A stretch of 21,450 nucleotides of DNA from Planctomycetota bacterium (GTDB taxonomy: Bacteria > Planctomycetota > SZUA-567 > H5-PLA8). Shown here in pieces: positions 9,839 to 17,260 of the stretch; position 1 is the first letter of the stretch, and every line of letters begins with the position of its first letter. The DNA is taken from assembly GCA_045863855.1 (NCBI GenBank), contig BTVV01000105.1, positions 1 to 21,450 of the forward strand, read 5' to 3'. The translations under genes and the position numbers were made by a program. Under the pieces are notes generated by a model that was not told the origin of the DNA, ran no database searches, and saw only the letters and a program-made list of their open reading frames with translations.

Positions 9839-11569
9839 TTGGGATGTGCCCGATGGGGACACGCAGGGCCTCTCCGGACGGGCAATCCGCTAGACGGAGT
9901 AACAGGAGCATTATCCGTGCCTGGGAGATTTCCTGCGCTGCGAGCCGACATAGTCTCCGGCCTGACGGTCTTTACTGTGCTGGTTCCCTCCGCCATGGCT
10001 TATGGCGAACTGGCCGGCGTGACACCGCAGGCGGGTCTGTGCGCGGGTCTGGTCGCGATGCTGGTCTACGCGGCCCTGGGCAGCTCCCGGCACCTAATTG
10101 TCGGACCGGAAGCCACCTCGGCGCTTCTCGCCGCGGTGATTATCGCTCCCGTGGCGGGCACCGGCGCCGACGCCGGTCGCATGGCGGCGCTGGCTGGCAT
10201 CCTGGCGGCACAGGTGGGTGCAATGCTGATGCTTGGATGCCTGCTGCGCGTCGGCTTCCTGGCAGACTTTCTTGCCCGTGCTGTGCTGACGGGTTACATC
10301 ACCGGCGCCGCGCTCCTGGTCATCCACAGCCAGTTAGGCAAGCTCTTTCGCATTAAGCTTGAGTCGGATGGCTTCTTCCGCTCCCTCCATGAATTGGCCT
10401 TCCGATTGGGGGATGCGCATGGGCCGACCGTACAGGTCGGTGCCGGAACCATTCTGGCATTGCTTGCCATCCGAAGATTTCTTCCGCGAGTTCCCTCCTC
10501 CCTGGTGGCCGTCACCTTAGGCATTTTGCTTTGTAGTTGGTTTGACTGGAAGAACTTGGGAGTCAGGGTGGTGGGCGAGGTGCCTGCCGGATTGCCCACC
10601 GTTGGCGTGCCTCAGGTATCATGGGCGGATGTGCAGGCGTTGTTGCCCGGTGCGGCGTCCATGGCGCTGCTGGCCTTTTCCGATGCTGTCCTGACCGGGC
10701 GTTCGTTCGCGGCGCGGCACGGCTACGCGGTGGACGCCAACCGGGAATTGTTCGCATTGGGCGCCGCAAACCTGGGCACGGCGCTTTTCGGAGGATTCCC
10801 GGTAGCCGCGAGCGGTTCGCGTACGGCCGTCAACGAAGGGACCGGCGCTCAGTCCAAAGCCTCCGGGGCTCTGGCCGCTGGCGCCCTAGCCGTCTTTCTT
10901 CTCTTTTTCACCTCCGTCCTGGCTAACCTTCCGGTCGCCATCTTAGGTGCCATTATTATTGTTTCATCACTGGGCATGATCGAGTTCGGCGAGCTGGCGC
11001 GCATGTACCGATTCCGCTGGCAGACCTTTCTCGGCGCTATGGTTACCCTGCTTGGGGTGCTGGTATTAGGGGTCGTGCCGGCCATTCTGGTGGCAGTGAC
11101 GCTCTCGCTGTTCCTGGTGATCGCGGTGATTTCTCGGCCATTGGATCATCATCTTGTCAGGGCGGGTGGCGCGACGGCCTTTCGTCCCATCGGAGAGGGT
11201 CCCGTTTACCAGATAGAACCCGGGCTGGCCGTTTACCGGATGGACGGACTGATGATGTTTGCCAATTGCGGCAGAATGAAATCCCGCGTACTCGAACTGG
11301 CCCAAAACGCGCAACCCGCACTGCATGCCGTGGTCCTGGATCTGAGCATGAGTCCCGATACCGACTTGACCTCGCTGACGGCTATCGAGGAATTGCACTC
11401 GGAACTTAAGCTGTGCGATGTGCGCCTGCTGATTGCGGAGGTGAATCCCTGGATCCTCCAGCTCCTCCAGCGATCCGGGACGGACCGCGTGCTGGGAACC
11501 GAGAACATTCACCCTAACCTAGCCTCCGCCATAGAAGCTTTTCAAAGAGCGCGGTCCGCCCAGACATGA
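9839..11569 (+). CDS. sulP: SulP/SLC26 family anion permease with C-terminal STAS domain
   Basis: Motifs DIVSGLTV..VPSAMAYGELAG, GSSRHLIVGP, DANRELFALGAAN and SRTAVN. The STAS domain shows YRMDGLMMFAN and VVLDLS..DLT. The TTG start is uncertain. Confidence 0.92.
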   Translation: MGCARWGHAGPLRTGNPLDGVTGALSVPGRFPALRADIVSGLTVFTVLVPSAMAYGELAGVTPQAGLCAGLVAMLVYAALGSSRHLIVGPEATSALLAAVIIAPVAGTGADAGRMAALAGILAAQVGAMLMLGCLLRVGFLADFLARAVLTGYITGAALLVIHSQLGKLFRIKLESDGFFRSLHELAFRLGDAHGPTVQVGAGTILALLAIRRFLPRVPSSLVAVTLGILLCSWFDWKNLGVRVVGEVPAGLPTVGVPQVSWADVQALLPGAASMALLAFSDAVLTGRSFAARHGYAVDANRELFALGAANLGTALFGGFPVAASGSRTAVNEGTGAQSKASGALAAGALAVFLLFFTSVLANLPVAILGAIIIVSSLGMIEFGELARMYRFRWQTFLGAMVTLLGVLVLGVVPAILVAVTLSLFLVIAVISRPLDHHLVRAGGATAFRPIGEGPVYQIEPGLAVYRMDGLMMFANCGRMKSRVLELAQNAQPALHAVVLDLSMSPDTDLTSLTAIEELHSELKLCDVRLLIAEVNPWILQLLQRSGTDRVLGTENIHPNLASAIEAFQRARSAQT

Positions 11570-11717
11570 GCAAGTTTCCATTACACCTGGGGCTGCACCC
11601 CAAAAAATCGAATGGGTACAGGGTGCATTACCGGGCGCAGTTTGACTTGGCTTTGCAGCCAGAAATAGAAAGCCGACAGGAATGGAGATCCCACATGGTG
11701 TAGCGGCCCAGGAGCCT

Positions 11718-11961
11718 GTGTAGCGGCCAAGGCGATTGTGAAGTCCGTAAATGATCCGGAGGCGCGCGAAAAAGTGAAATTTCCGCAACAGCCTCGCGCG
11801 TGCTTCTCGCCGACGGATTCAGGAAAGCCTTTGAATTTCAAAGACCGGTAGTCGATTCGCGCGCTACGCGATCAGCCGTACGGTCCGCATGGCGCGAATG
11901 TCGAGCTTGATCAAGTTGGGATCGCCGCCGTAATGGGTGCGATGCAGGGAGAGCGGGGGAC
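11718..11961. repeat. Diverged tandem unit, copy A (~244 bp)
   Basis: Begins with GTGTAGCGGCC, with an extra copy at 11698. The 81-nt block 11858-11938 matches 12101-12181 at 74/81 positions, and its last 46 nt are identical. Confidence 0.85.
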
Positions 11962-12205
11962 GTGTAGCGGCCCAGGAGCCTGTTAAGCCTCCCGATGAAT
12001 CCCGCGAACCGAAGAAATGAAACGGGCGAAACAAGCTCGGCTGCATTTCTACCGCGCAGGTCCAGCGGATGTTTTGATTTCCAAAGAACTATGTCTGTTC
12101 CGCGCGCTACGCGATCAACCGTACCGTTCGGTGGACGCGAATGTCGAGCTTGATCAAGTTGGGATCGCCGCCGTAATGGGTTCGAATCACCCAGACCGGC
12201 GGCAG
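11962..12205. repeat. Diverged tandem unit, copy B (~244 bp)
   Basis: GTGTAGCGGCCCAGGAGCCTGT at 11962-11983 is identical to 11698-11719. Patches are colinear with copy A (GAAGAAATGAAA vs GAAAAAGTGAAA; TTTGATTTCCAAAGA vs TTTGAATTTCAAAGA), and the 81-nt block is shared. Confidence 0.85.
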
Positions 12206-12284
12206 GACTCCATGCGCCAGGATCGACCGTCCTTGGGGCGACTTCGCACCTGCCTCCCTTTCGGCCGGACGATCGCCCCTACCG

Positions 12285-12407
12285 CTACAACCCCCTCACC
12301 ACACGCTTCAACTGCGCCTTCAGCGCTGCCTTTATCAACCGCTCCAGAATGCGCTTCTGTTCGTCGGTGAAGATCGCCTTACGGCCGCGCTTGCCCTTCT
12401 TGGCCAT
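12285..12407 (-). CDS. Small basic protein, 40 aa (MAKKGKRGRKAIFTDEQKRILERLIKAALKAQLKRVVRGL)
   Basis: It is below the ORF-track cutoff. The ATG follows GGGAGGGG and sits 1 nt after the stop of the upstream HTH remnant. Codons mostly end in G or C. Confidence 0.6.
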   Translation of the reverse strand: MAKKGKRGRKAIFTDEQKRILERLIKAALKAQLKRVVRGL

Positions 12408-12408
12408 C

Positions 12409-12507
12409 TCAAGCCCCTCCCAGCACGCGTAAGCGCTCCAACGCCTCGCGCTTGCCCAGTCCCCTCAAGGCCGCCAGCGCCGCCACTTGCGATGCCCTGG
12501 GCAATGC
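12409..12507 (-). pseudogene. 3' remnant of an XRE-like helix-turn-helix protein gene
   Basis: Translates ALPRASQVAALAALRGLGKREALERLRVLGGA*. This resembles the PRxxQ...LRGxGKREA C-terminus of a common HTH family. An in-frame stop lies a few codons upstream and there is no ATG. Confidence 0.6.
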
Positions 12508-12512
12508 ATCAG

Positions 12513-12541
12513 TGCAACCCTGAGCTCAATAAATGATCTGA
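12513..12541 (+). promoter_or_regulatory. Candidate ECF-type promoter for the synthase-oxidase operon
   Basis: TGCAACC-N18-CTGA. The AAC to TCTGA spacing equals that of RpoE/AlgU-type promoters. It ends 72 nt upstream of ATG 12614. Confidence 0.35.
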
Positions 12542-12613
12542 AAATCCAACTTGGACTTGCTGAAATACGGGCAGGCACCCTTGTGTTGGACGGAAACCCA
12601 AGGGAGCTACCAA

Positions 12614-13531
12614 ATGGCCCAACCAACCGTCCTGCCCTCCGAGGAACATCGCACCACGGCCATTTCGCAATCCTTGCGCGTGATCGCGGACGTTGATGGA
12701 CCGAACGCCCCCAAAACGCATGATTTCACGAGGGATGAGTGGGCTTTCTGTGACGATCCCCGGTATCGCCTTCGAGTAGCTGGTAATCTATTGGAACGCA
12801 AGCGCGCGTGGGGGCTAGCTTACCGCGTGTACCGGAGCAAGGGGTATGCGCGCGAATCGGAACTTGGCTTATGGTACGGCATTCATGATGCATTGGCCGA
12901 CACGATTACATTCATAGCCGAACGCCAAGGCGATCCAGTTGCAGCCCTGACGGTAGTATTCGACTCCCTATTGGGGCTTCCCGCCGACCACCTGTTCGCA
13001 GACGAGATCGCCCAACTGCGGAGAACCGGGCGCCGGCCCTGCGAACTGGTCAGTCTAGTTTCCGTGGAGACGAATGCCGCCCGCGGCGCAGAGCTGGTTC
13101 GCCAACTTTTCCGTCTCGCGCACCGGGCTGCGGAAGGCCGGTCCGACGATCTTCTCATCACGGTCAATCCCCGCCATACGCCCTTTTACATACGCAAGCT
13201 CCTCTTCGAGCGCTTCGGCCCCGACCGGACTTACGAGAAGGTCAATGGGGCGCTGGCGACGCCCTTGCGTCTCGACCTGCACACGGCCAGGGAGCGGTAT
13301 CGCCAAGCCTATGCCCAGCGCGAGGGTGGCGAGAACCTGTACGCTTTCTTCTGTGGGGCTCACGAACGTCCCATGGCCGCATGGATCGAATCTGGCAAAC
13401 GCCAGCTCGATGCCGACGCGCTCCGGCGTTACTTCGTGGATCTGCGGCCGCTCCTGCCGGACGCCCCGCCGCTTCACCGCGAAGCAATCCTCGCCGGGTA
13501 TGCCTCCTCGGCGTGCGCGGTCGTCTCATGA
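12614..13531 (+). CDS. Long-chain N-acyl amino acid synthase, FeeM-like (GNAT fold)
   Basis: Motifs YRVYRSKGY, TVVFDSLLGLPAD, CELVSL (putative catalytic Glu) and DLLITVNPRHTPFY...F...G...Y..VNGA.A..LRLDL. An AGGGAG RBS precedes ATG 12614. Confidence 0.85.
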   Translation: MAQPTVLPSEEHRTTAISQSLRVIADVDGPNAPKTHDFTRDEWAFCDDPRYRLRVAGNLLERKRAWGLAYRVYRSKGYARESELGLWYGIHDALADTITFIAERQGDPVAALTVVFDSLLGLPADHLFADEIAQLRRTGRRPCELVSLVSVETNAARGAELVRQLFRLAHRAAEGRSDDLLITVNPRHTPFYIRKLLFERFGPDRTYEKVNGALATPLRLDLHTARERYRQAYAQREGGENLYAFFCGAHERPMAAWIESGKRQLDADALRRYFVDLRPLLPDAPPLHREAILAGYASSACAVVS

Positions 13532-15198
13532 TCCGGATCGCCGAGCGAAGAACCGGAGCGCTTCCCTCGGATCGGGAAGCCGTTTCCGGAGCGCGGGCCG
13601 CATGGCGCACTGCCTTGGGTCCAGAGGCCGTGCTCGACGCGGAGGCCGCCCACGCTTGCTACGCGCGAAACACGGTGGGGCTGGAGCGTTCCATTCAAGG
13701 CGCGTTGAGACCGGCCGATCAAACCCACGTACAGGCGTTGGTGCGTATAGCCGCAGAATTCGGCGTTCCGCTCTTTCCGATTGGCGCGGGCCGAAACTGG
13801 GGATACGGCTGCGCTTCGCCCAGCGCGAACGGGTGCGTGATCGTGGACTGTTCCCGGATGCGCCGTATCTCGATGGATCCCGAATTGGGCCTGGTTACCG
13901 TGGAGCCCGGCGTCACTCAAGGGCAACTGGCCGAATACCTGGATGCGCGAAACTTGCCGTACTTGGTCCCCGTTACCGGTGCGGGGCCCGATGCCAGCCT
14001 GCTCGGAAATGTGCTGGAGCGCGGGTACGGCATCACGCCGTACCCCGACCACTTCGCTGCCGTGACCTCGTTGGAAGCGGTTTTGCCCGACGGCAGCCTC
14101 TATACCCCGACGCTTGCAGCCGCCGGCTGCGAACGCGCGGACCGCGCCTACCGTTGGGGATTGGGACCTTACCTGAACGGGTTGTTCACGCAGTTTGGAC
14201 TGGGCATCGTAACGCAAGTGACATTGGCATTGGCGCCCCGTCCCGAGCGCGTAGAAGCTTTCTTCTTCAGCTTGCCTCGCGGCGCCGATCTGGGTTCGGC
14301 CGCGGCGCGTCTTCGCGATCTCCTGCGCCGCTGTGGAAGTACGGTTTCGGCGCTCAATCTGATGAACGCGCGGCGCATACTGTCCATGTTCGAACCCTAC
14401 CCCACGGCGCGGGTGCCGGATGGCGGGACGATGCCGCAAGCCCTGGTGGACGAACTGATGAGTCCCTACGGCAAGGCGTCCTGGTTGGGCGTGGGATGTC
14501 TATACGGTACTCACAGGACCGTACGCGCGGCCAAGGCGGAAATCAGGCGCTTGTTGCATGGGTGGAGCAGCAGGCCTTGGTTCGTGACACCCGCACAGGC
14601 TTGCACGGCCAGGAAGTGGGCGGAGCGCTTGCCGCTGTTGAAAAACTCCGGGTTCGCCCGCCGTCTCCAAAGGCTCGACGAAACGCTTCGGATCATGAAT
14701 GGCCGGCCCAGTTCCGTCGCGCTTCGCTTGGCATACTGGCGCAGTAGGCATGCGCCGGATGCCCATGTGCACATGAACCCCAGCCGGGACGGCAGCGGAT
14801 TGCTCTGGTACTCGCCCTTGGTCCCGTTAGGCGCAGCGGACCTTGATAGTTTCGCGGCCTTCGTTGAACGAACCTGCTTGGCGCACGGCATAGAACCGCT
14901 GATTACGCTTACCACCCTATCGGACCGCTGCTGCGACAGCACGATTCCCCTACTTTTTCGAAGGGACGATCCCGCCGAAGCCGAACGCGCACACGCTTGT
15001 TACGAAGCGCTCTTGAAACAAGGGTTGGTATTGGGCTTTCCTCCTTATCGGCTGCCGGTGCATGCTATGCCCCTGATGGTGAAGAGTGCGCAGACTTGCT
15101 GGCGCATGAGCCGAAGCATCAAGCAGGCATTGGATCCTCAAAACATCATGGCACCAGGCCGTTACGACTCCGAGCTTTTTCCCCAAGGCGAAGCATGA
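13528..15198 (+). CDS. FAD-binding oxidoreductase, VAO/p-cresol methylhydroxylase family (FeeG/CndG-like candidate)
   Basis: Motifs PIGAGRNWGYG, VTVEPGVTQGQL, GNVLERGYGITPY, LEAVLPDG, GLGIVT, GLLWYSP, PPYR and ALDPQNIMAPGRY. ATG 13528 overlaps the synthase stop (ATGA). Confidence 0.88.
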   Translation: MIRIAERRTGALPSDREAVSGARAAWRTALGPEAVLDAEAAHACYARNTVGLERSIQGALRPADQTHVQALVRIAAEFGVPLFPIGAGRNWGYGCASPSANGCVIVDCSRMRRISMDPELGLVTVEPGVTQGQLAEYLDARNLPYLVPVTGAGPDASLLGNVLERGYGITPYPDHFAAVTSLEAVLPDGSLYTPTLAAAGCERADRAYRWGLGPYLNGLFTQFGLGIVTQVTLALAPRPERVEAFFFSLPRGADLGSAAARLRDLLRRCGSTVSALNLMNARRILSMFEPYPTARVPDGGTMPQALVDELMSPYGKASWLGVGCLYGTHRTVRAAKAEIRRLLHGWSSRPWFVTPAQACTARKWAERLPLLKNSGFARRLQRLDETLRIMNGRPSSVALRLAYWRSRHAPDAHVHMNPSRDGSGLLWYSPLVPLGAADLDSFAAFVERTCLAHGIEPLITLTTLSDRCCDSTIPLLFRRDDPAEAERAHACYEALLKQGLVLGFPPYRLPVHAMPLMVKSAQTCWRMSRSIKQALDPQNIMAPGRYDSELFPQGEA

Positions 15199-15258
15199 AG
15201 GGCTATCGCACGGCGCGGCGTTCCTTAATAGCTAAGGATTCGCGGTAGGTGTGGTTTT

Positions 15259-16647
15259 CTAGTAAGGCCCGGGATTATCGTATAGAAGCGGTTTGCCAGA
15301 GGGGGGATTCGCCAACTTCTCCATGCGCGCACGGAGCCGGCCGGCCTCATCCGCCTCGATTTCTTGAGCTTCCATTCGAATCACGGCGAAACCGTCCACG
15401 ATTAGGGCCAGTCTTCCGTCGCCGCGCGAGTCGAATCGCTTGAAGGAATTCGGCGCATCCTCCGATCCGATTAGCGCATCCTGGCCCACAAAAAGAATTT
15501 CATGCGTGAAAGTGGTGGATTTTTGCTTGGAGACCACCCACGTCGGCGCCGTGCTAGCCCATACCCACCCGGGTACAAAGTGATCTTCCTCCAGCCACAT
15601 GAGCGAAGCAGTGGCTCGGGCATTCATCCATTGGAACGACAACCGGACTCGAAAGGCATCGGGCCACTTGGAGACCGATGGCATCACGACCAGCATTTCG
15701 GGGTTCCCAGCCTTCATGCCAACCGTGTTGCCGGAAACAGGTTGAAAAAGAGGATGTCCGCGCAATACCTCAAAGCCCTGAGGTAACGTCTCAAAAGTCC
15801 AGATACGACGCATGGGGGTGGGCGACAACTCGGCGGTTTCTTTCCCGGGCGCGGCTCGCGGCTTCGATGTCCGGGGTGGGACGCCGGCAACCGGCATGAG
15901 ATTCCAAGCCAGTATCGCCGTTGCGGCGACCCCGGCGGCAAAGCTCAGTGCCGCCGTGCGCGAGAAACCTGGTATTCGGGACGGGGCGGGCGCCATGCGC
16001 CGCAGGAGCGCTGGCAGGCAATCGGGTGGCGCCGGACCTTCACAGCAGGCTCGCCGAAATAGGTTCGCATCCAGCGTGGCGACGGCCAAACCGGCGGCGG
16101 CCAGATGCTCCCGCAGGTCCGTCACCGCCCGCTTGAGACGGAACGAAACGGTGGTCTGGGGGACTTTGAGTTGTTGGGCGATCTCTTCCTGGGTCATATC
16201 GGCCCCGTAGTAGAAGCTCAATATTTGCCGTTCGAGATCGGGGAGTCGGTCCATCAGCGACCTGAGCGCACTGAGCACCTCGTCGCGCTCGACCGGCTGT
16301 GTCTGGGCGCCTTCATACCGTTCAGGAGGCATGGATCGAATCTTGTCCTTGAGCGCATGGACGCGGCGGCGCTTGCGCAAGGCGGCAAGGCATTCGCGCG
16401 CCACTATTTTCAGGATCCAACTTCGCACTTCGCCCGTGTCGCGCCACGTCCGCGCCGATTTCCATACCTGGAGCATGGCGTCTTGGAAAGCTTCGAGCGC
16501 CAACTCGCGGTCGCACGTGATGCGCAGGGCCAGGTTGTAAGCCTGCGTTTCGCAGCGGCGATACAATTCTGCATACGCGTCCGCGTCCTCTAGTGAGGCC
16601 ACGGCGCTCAACAAATCCTGATCGCTTCGTTGCCGTCCGCCGGCCAT
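15259..16647 (-). CDS. ECF sigma-70 factor with a transmembrane helix and C-terminal extension
   Basis: Sigma2 region (SDQDLL...AYAELYRR...EAFQDAMLQVW...RSWILKI) and sigma4 region (LPDLERQILSFYYGADMTQEEIAQQLKVPQTTVSFRLKRA). A hydrophobic segment (AALSFAAGVAATAILAW) is followed by about 210 aa of largely beta-rich sequence. Confidence 0.9.
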   Translation of the reverse strand: MAGGRQRSDQDLLSAVASLEDADAYAELYRRCETQAYNLALRITCDRELALEAFQDAMLQVWKSARTWRDTGEVRSWILKIVARECLAALRKRRRVHALKDKIRSMPPERYEGAQTQPVERDEVLSALRSLMDRLPDLERQILSFYYGADMTQEEIAQQLKVPQTTVSFRLKRAVTDLREHLAAAGLAVATLDANLFRRACCEGPAPPDCLPALLRRMAPAPSRIPGFSRTAALSFAAGVAATAILAWNLMPVAGVPPRTSKPRAAPGKETAELSPTPMRRIWTFETLPQGFEVLRGHPLFQPVSGNTVGMKAGNPEMLVVMPSVSKWPDAFRVRLSFQWMNARATASLMWLEEDHFVPGWVWASTAPTWVVSKQKSTTFTHEILFVGQDALIGSEDAPNSFKRFDSRGDGRLALIVDGFAVIRMEAQEIEADEAGRLRARMEKLANPPSGKPLLYDNPGPY

Positions 16648-16743
16648 TTCGATTATGTCCTGATCAAAGCACGCTTGCAGCTATTCCGCATCTCCCGCCT
16701 TCCTATCTCAACAATGCTGGAATGCACTACATTAACAAGGATT

Positions 16744-16772
16744 TCATGCGCGATCTTGCGTGTACGGTTCAA
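16744..16772 (-). promoter_or_regulatory. Candidate ECF-type autoregulatory promoter
   Basis: The minus strand reads TTGAACC-N18-ATGA, pointing at the ECF gene, with the same spacing as the motifs at 12513 and 16801. Confidence 0.25.
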
Positions 16773-16800
16773 CTGTTTCTTGTGCCGGAAGTTATGCGAT

Positions 16801-16829
16801 TGAAACCTGTCCTGAATTAGCGGGACTGA
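16801..16829 (+). promoter_or_regulatory. Candidate ECF-type promoter for the exporter operon
   Basis: TGAAACC-N18-CTGA, matching the motif at 12513 at 10 of 11 box positions. Confidence 0.3.
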
Positions 16830-16998
16830 GTCTGCTCGGCTGACCTTCGGTCGGGTGCTAACTGCACAGGTGCGCGTGGCCTCCATCCATACGCGTTGGC
16901 AAAGGCGCCGCCGCCCACCGCGCGAGCGTGGAGAATGAATCAGAACTCGTTGTTAAGCCCACCGCTGATGGCCTTGTAGGCAGCGAGGAGGCTACCTC

Positions 16999-17256
16999 AT
17001 GCCGCGAGCGCTATCGGAAGACGAATGGACGCGCTTGGAACGTCTAGCGCGGGGTTTCTGCGAACTGCGCATTCGATACCGGACCCATAAGACGGAAGGG
17101 ACGTTGACGCCTTTGACTGAAGCAGCGATGCAGCGGGCGCTGCAACGGCTCGAAGGTCAAATGACTGCATTGAAAGAGGGGGCGTGCGAGGAAGTTCCTC
17201 GTTCGGCGCCCACGCTGCGTTTCGAGATTCTCGAAAACGTGGGACGGCTGGGGTAA
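16999..17256 (+). CDS. Small hypothetical helical protein, 85 aa
   Basis: A strong GAGGAGG RBS precedes the ATG. The ORF ends 4 nt before the permease start. Confidence 0.7.
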   Translation: MPRALSEDEWTRLERLARGFCELRIRYRTHKTEGTLTPLTEAAMQRALQRLEGQMTALKEGACEEVPRSAPTLRFEILENVGRLG

Positions 17257-17260
17257 AGCC

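Noticed and set aside
11588..11607. TGGGG-CTGCA-CCCCA hairpin after sulP as an intrinsic terminator
   Set aside because: The stem is short and is followed by an A-run rather than a T-run, so it fits neither strand.
11696..11720. TGGTGTAGCGGCCCAGGA resembling a tRNA D-arm
   Set aside because: No anticodon arm, T-arm or acceptor stem can be folded downstream.
11698..11983. GTGTAGCGGCC repeats as a CRISPR array
   Set aside because: There are only three boxes, spaced 20 and 244 nt apart, with no regular spacers and no cas genes.
12177..12193. TGGGT-TCGAATC-ACCCA T-arm-like hairpin as a tRNA gene
   Set aside because: There is no cloverleaf and copy A lacks it. At most it is a degenerate att-like relic.
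11864..12370. Track ORFs 11864..12046 (-) and 12017..12370 (+) as real genes
   Set aside because: They read through repeat spacer sequence. Only the short minus-strand C-terminal peptide shows coding-type conservation.
13074..14747. 557-aa alternative-frame ORF overlapping the synthase and oxidase
   Set aside because: It has the Arg/Gly/Ala-rich composition typical of an off-frame ORF and overlaps two motif-supported genes.
13528..15198. Calling the flavoprotein pchF (p-cresol catabolism)
   Set aside because: No cytochrome c subunit or aldehyde dehydrogenase gene is nearby, and coupling to an N-acyl synthase favours a biosynthetic role.
15222..15238. TCCTTA-ATAGC-TAAGGA hairpin between the convergent oxidase and ECF genes
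   Set aside because: It is a weak AT-rich 6-bp stem with no adjacent U-tract, which is insufficient to call a terminator.
15195..15248. ATGA-coupled 17-aa ORF after the oxidase as the remnant of a third pathway gene
   Set aside because: ATGA arises whenever a last codon ends in A before TGA, and it also occurs after sulP and the MTase. The peptide is unrecognisable.
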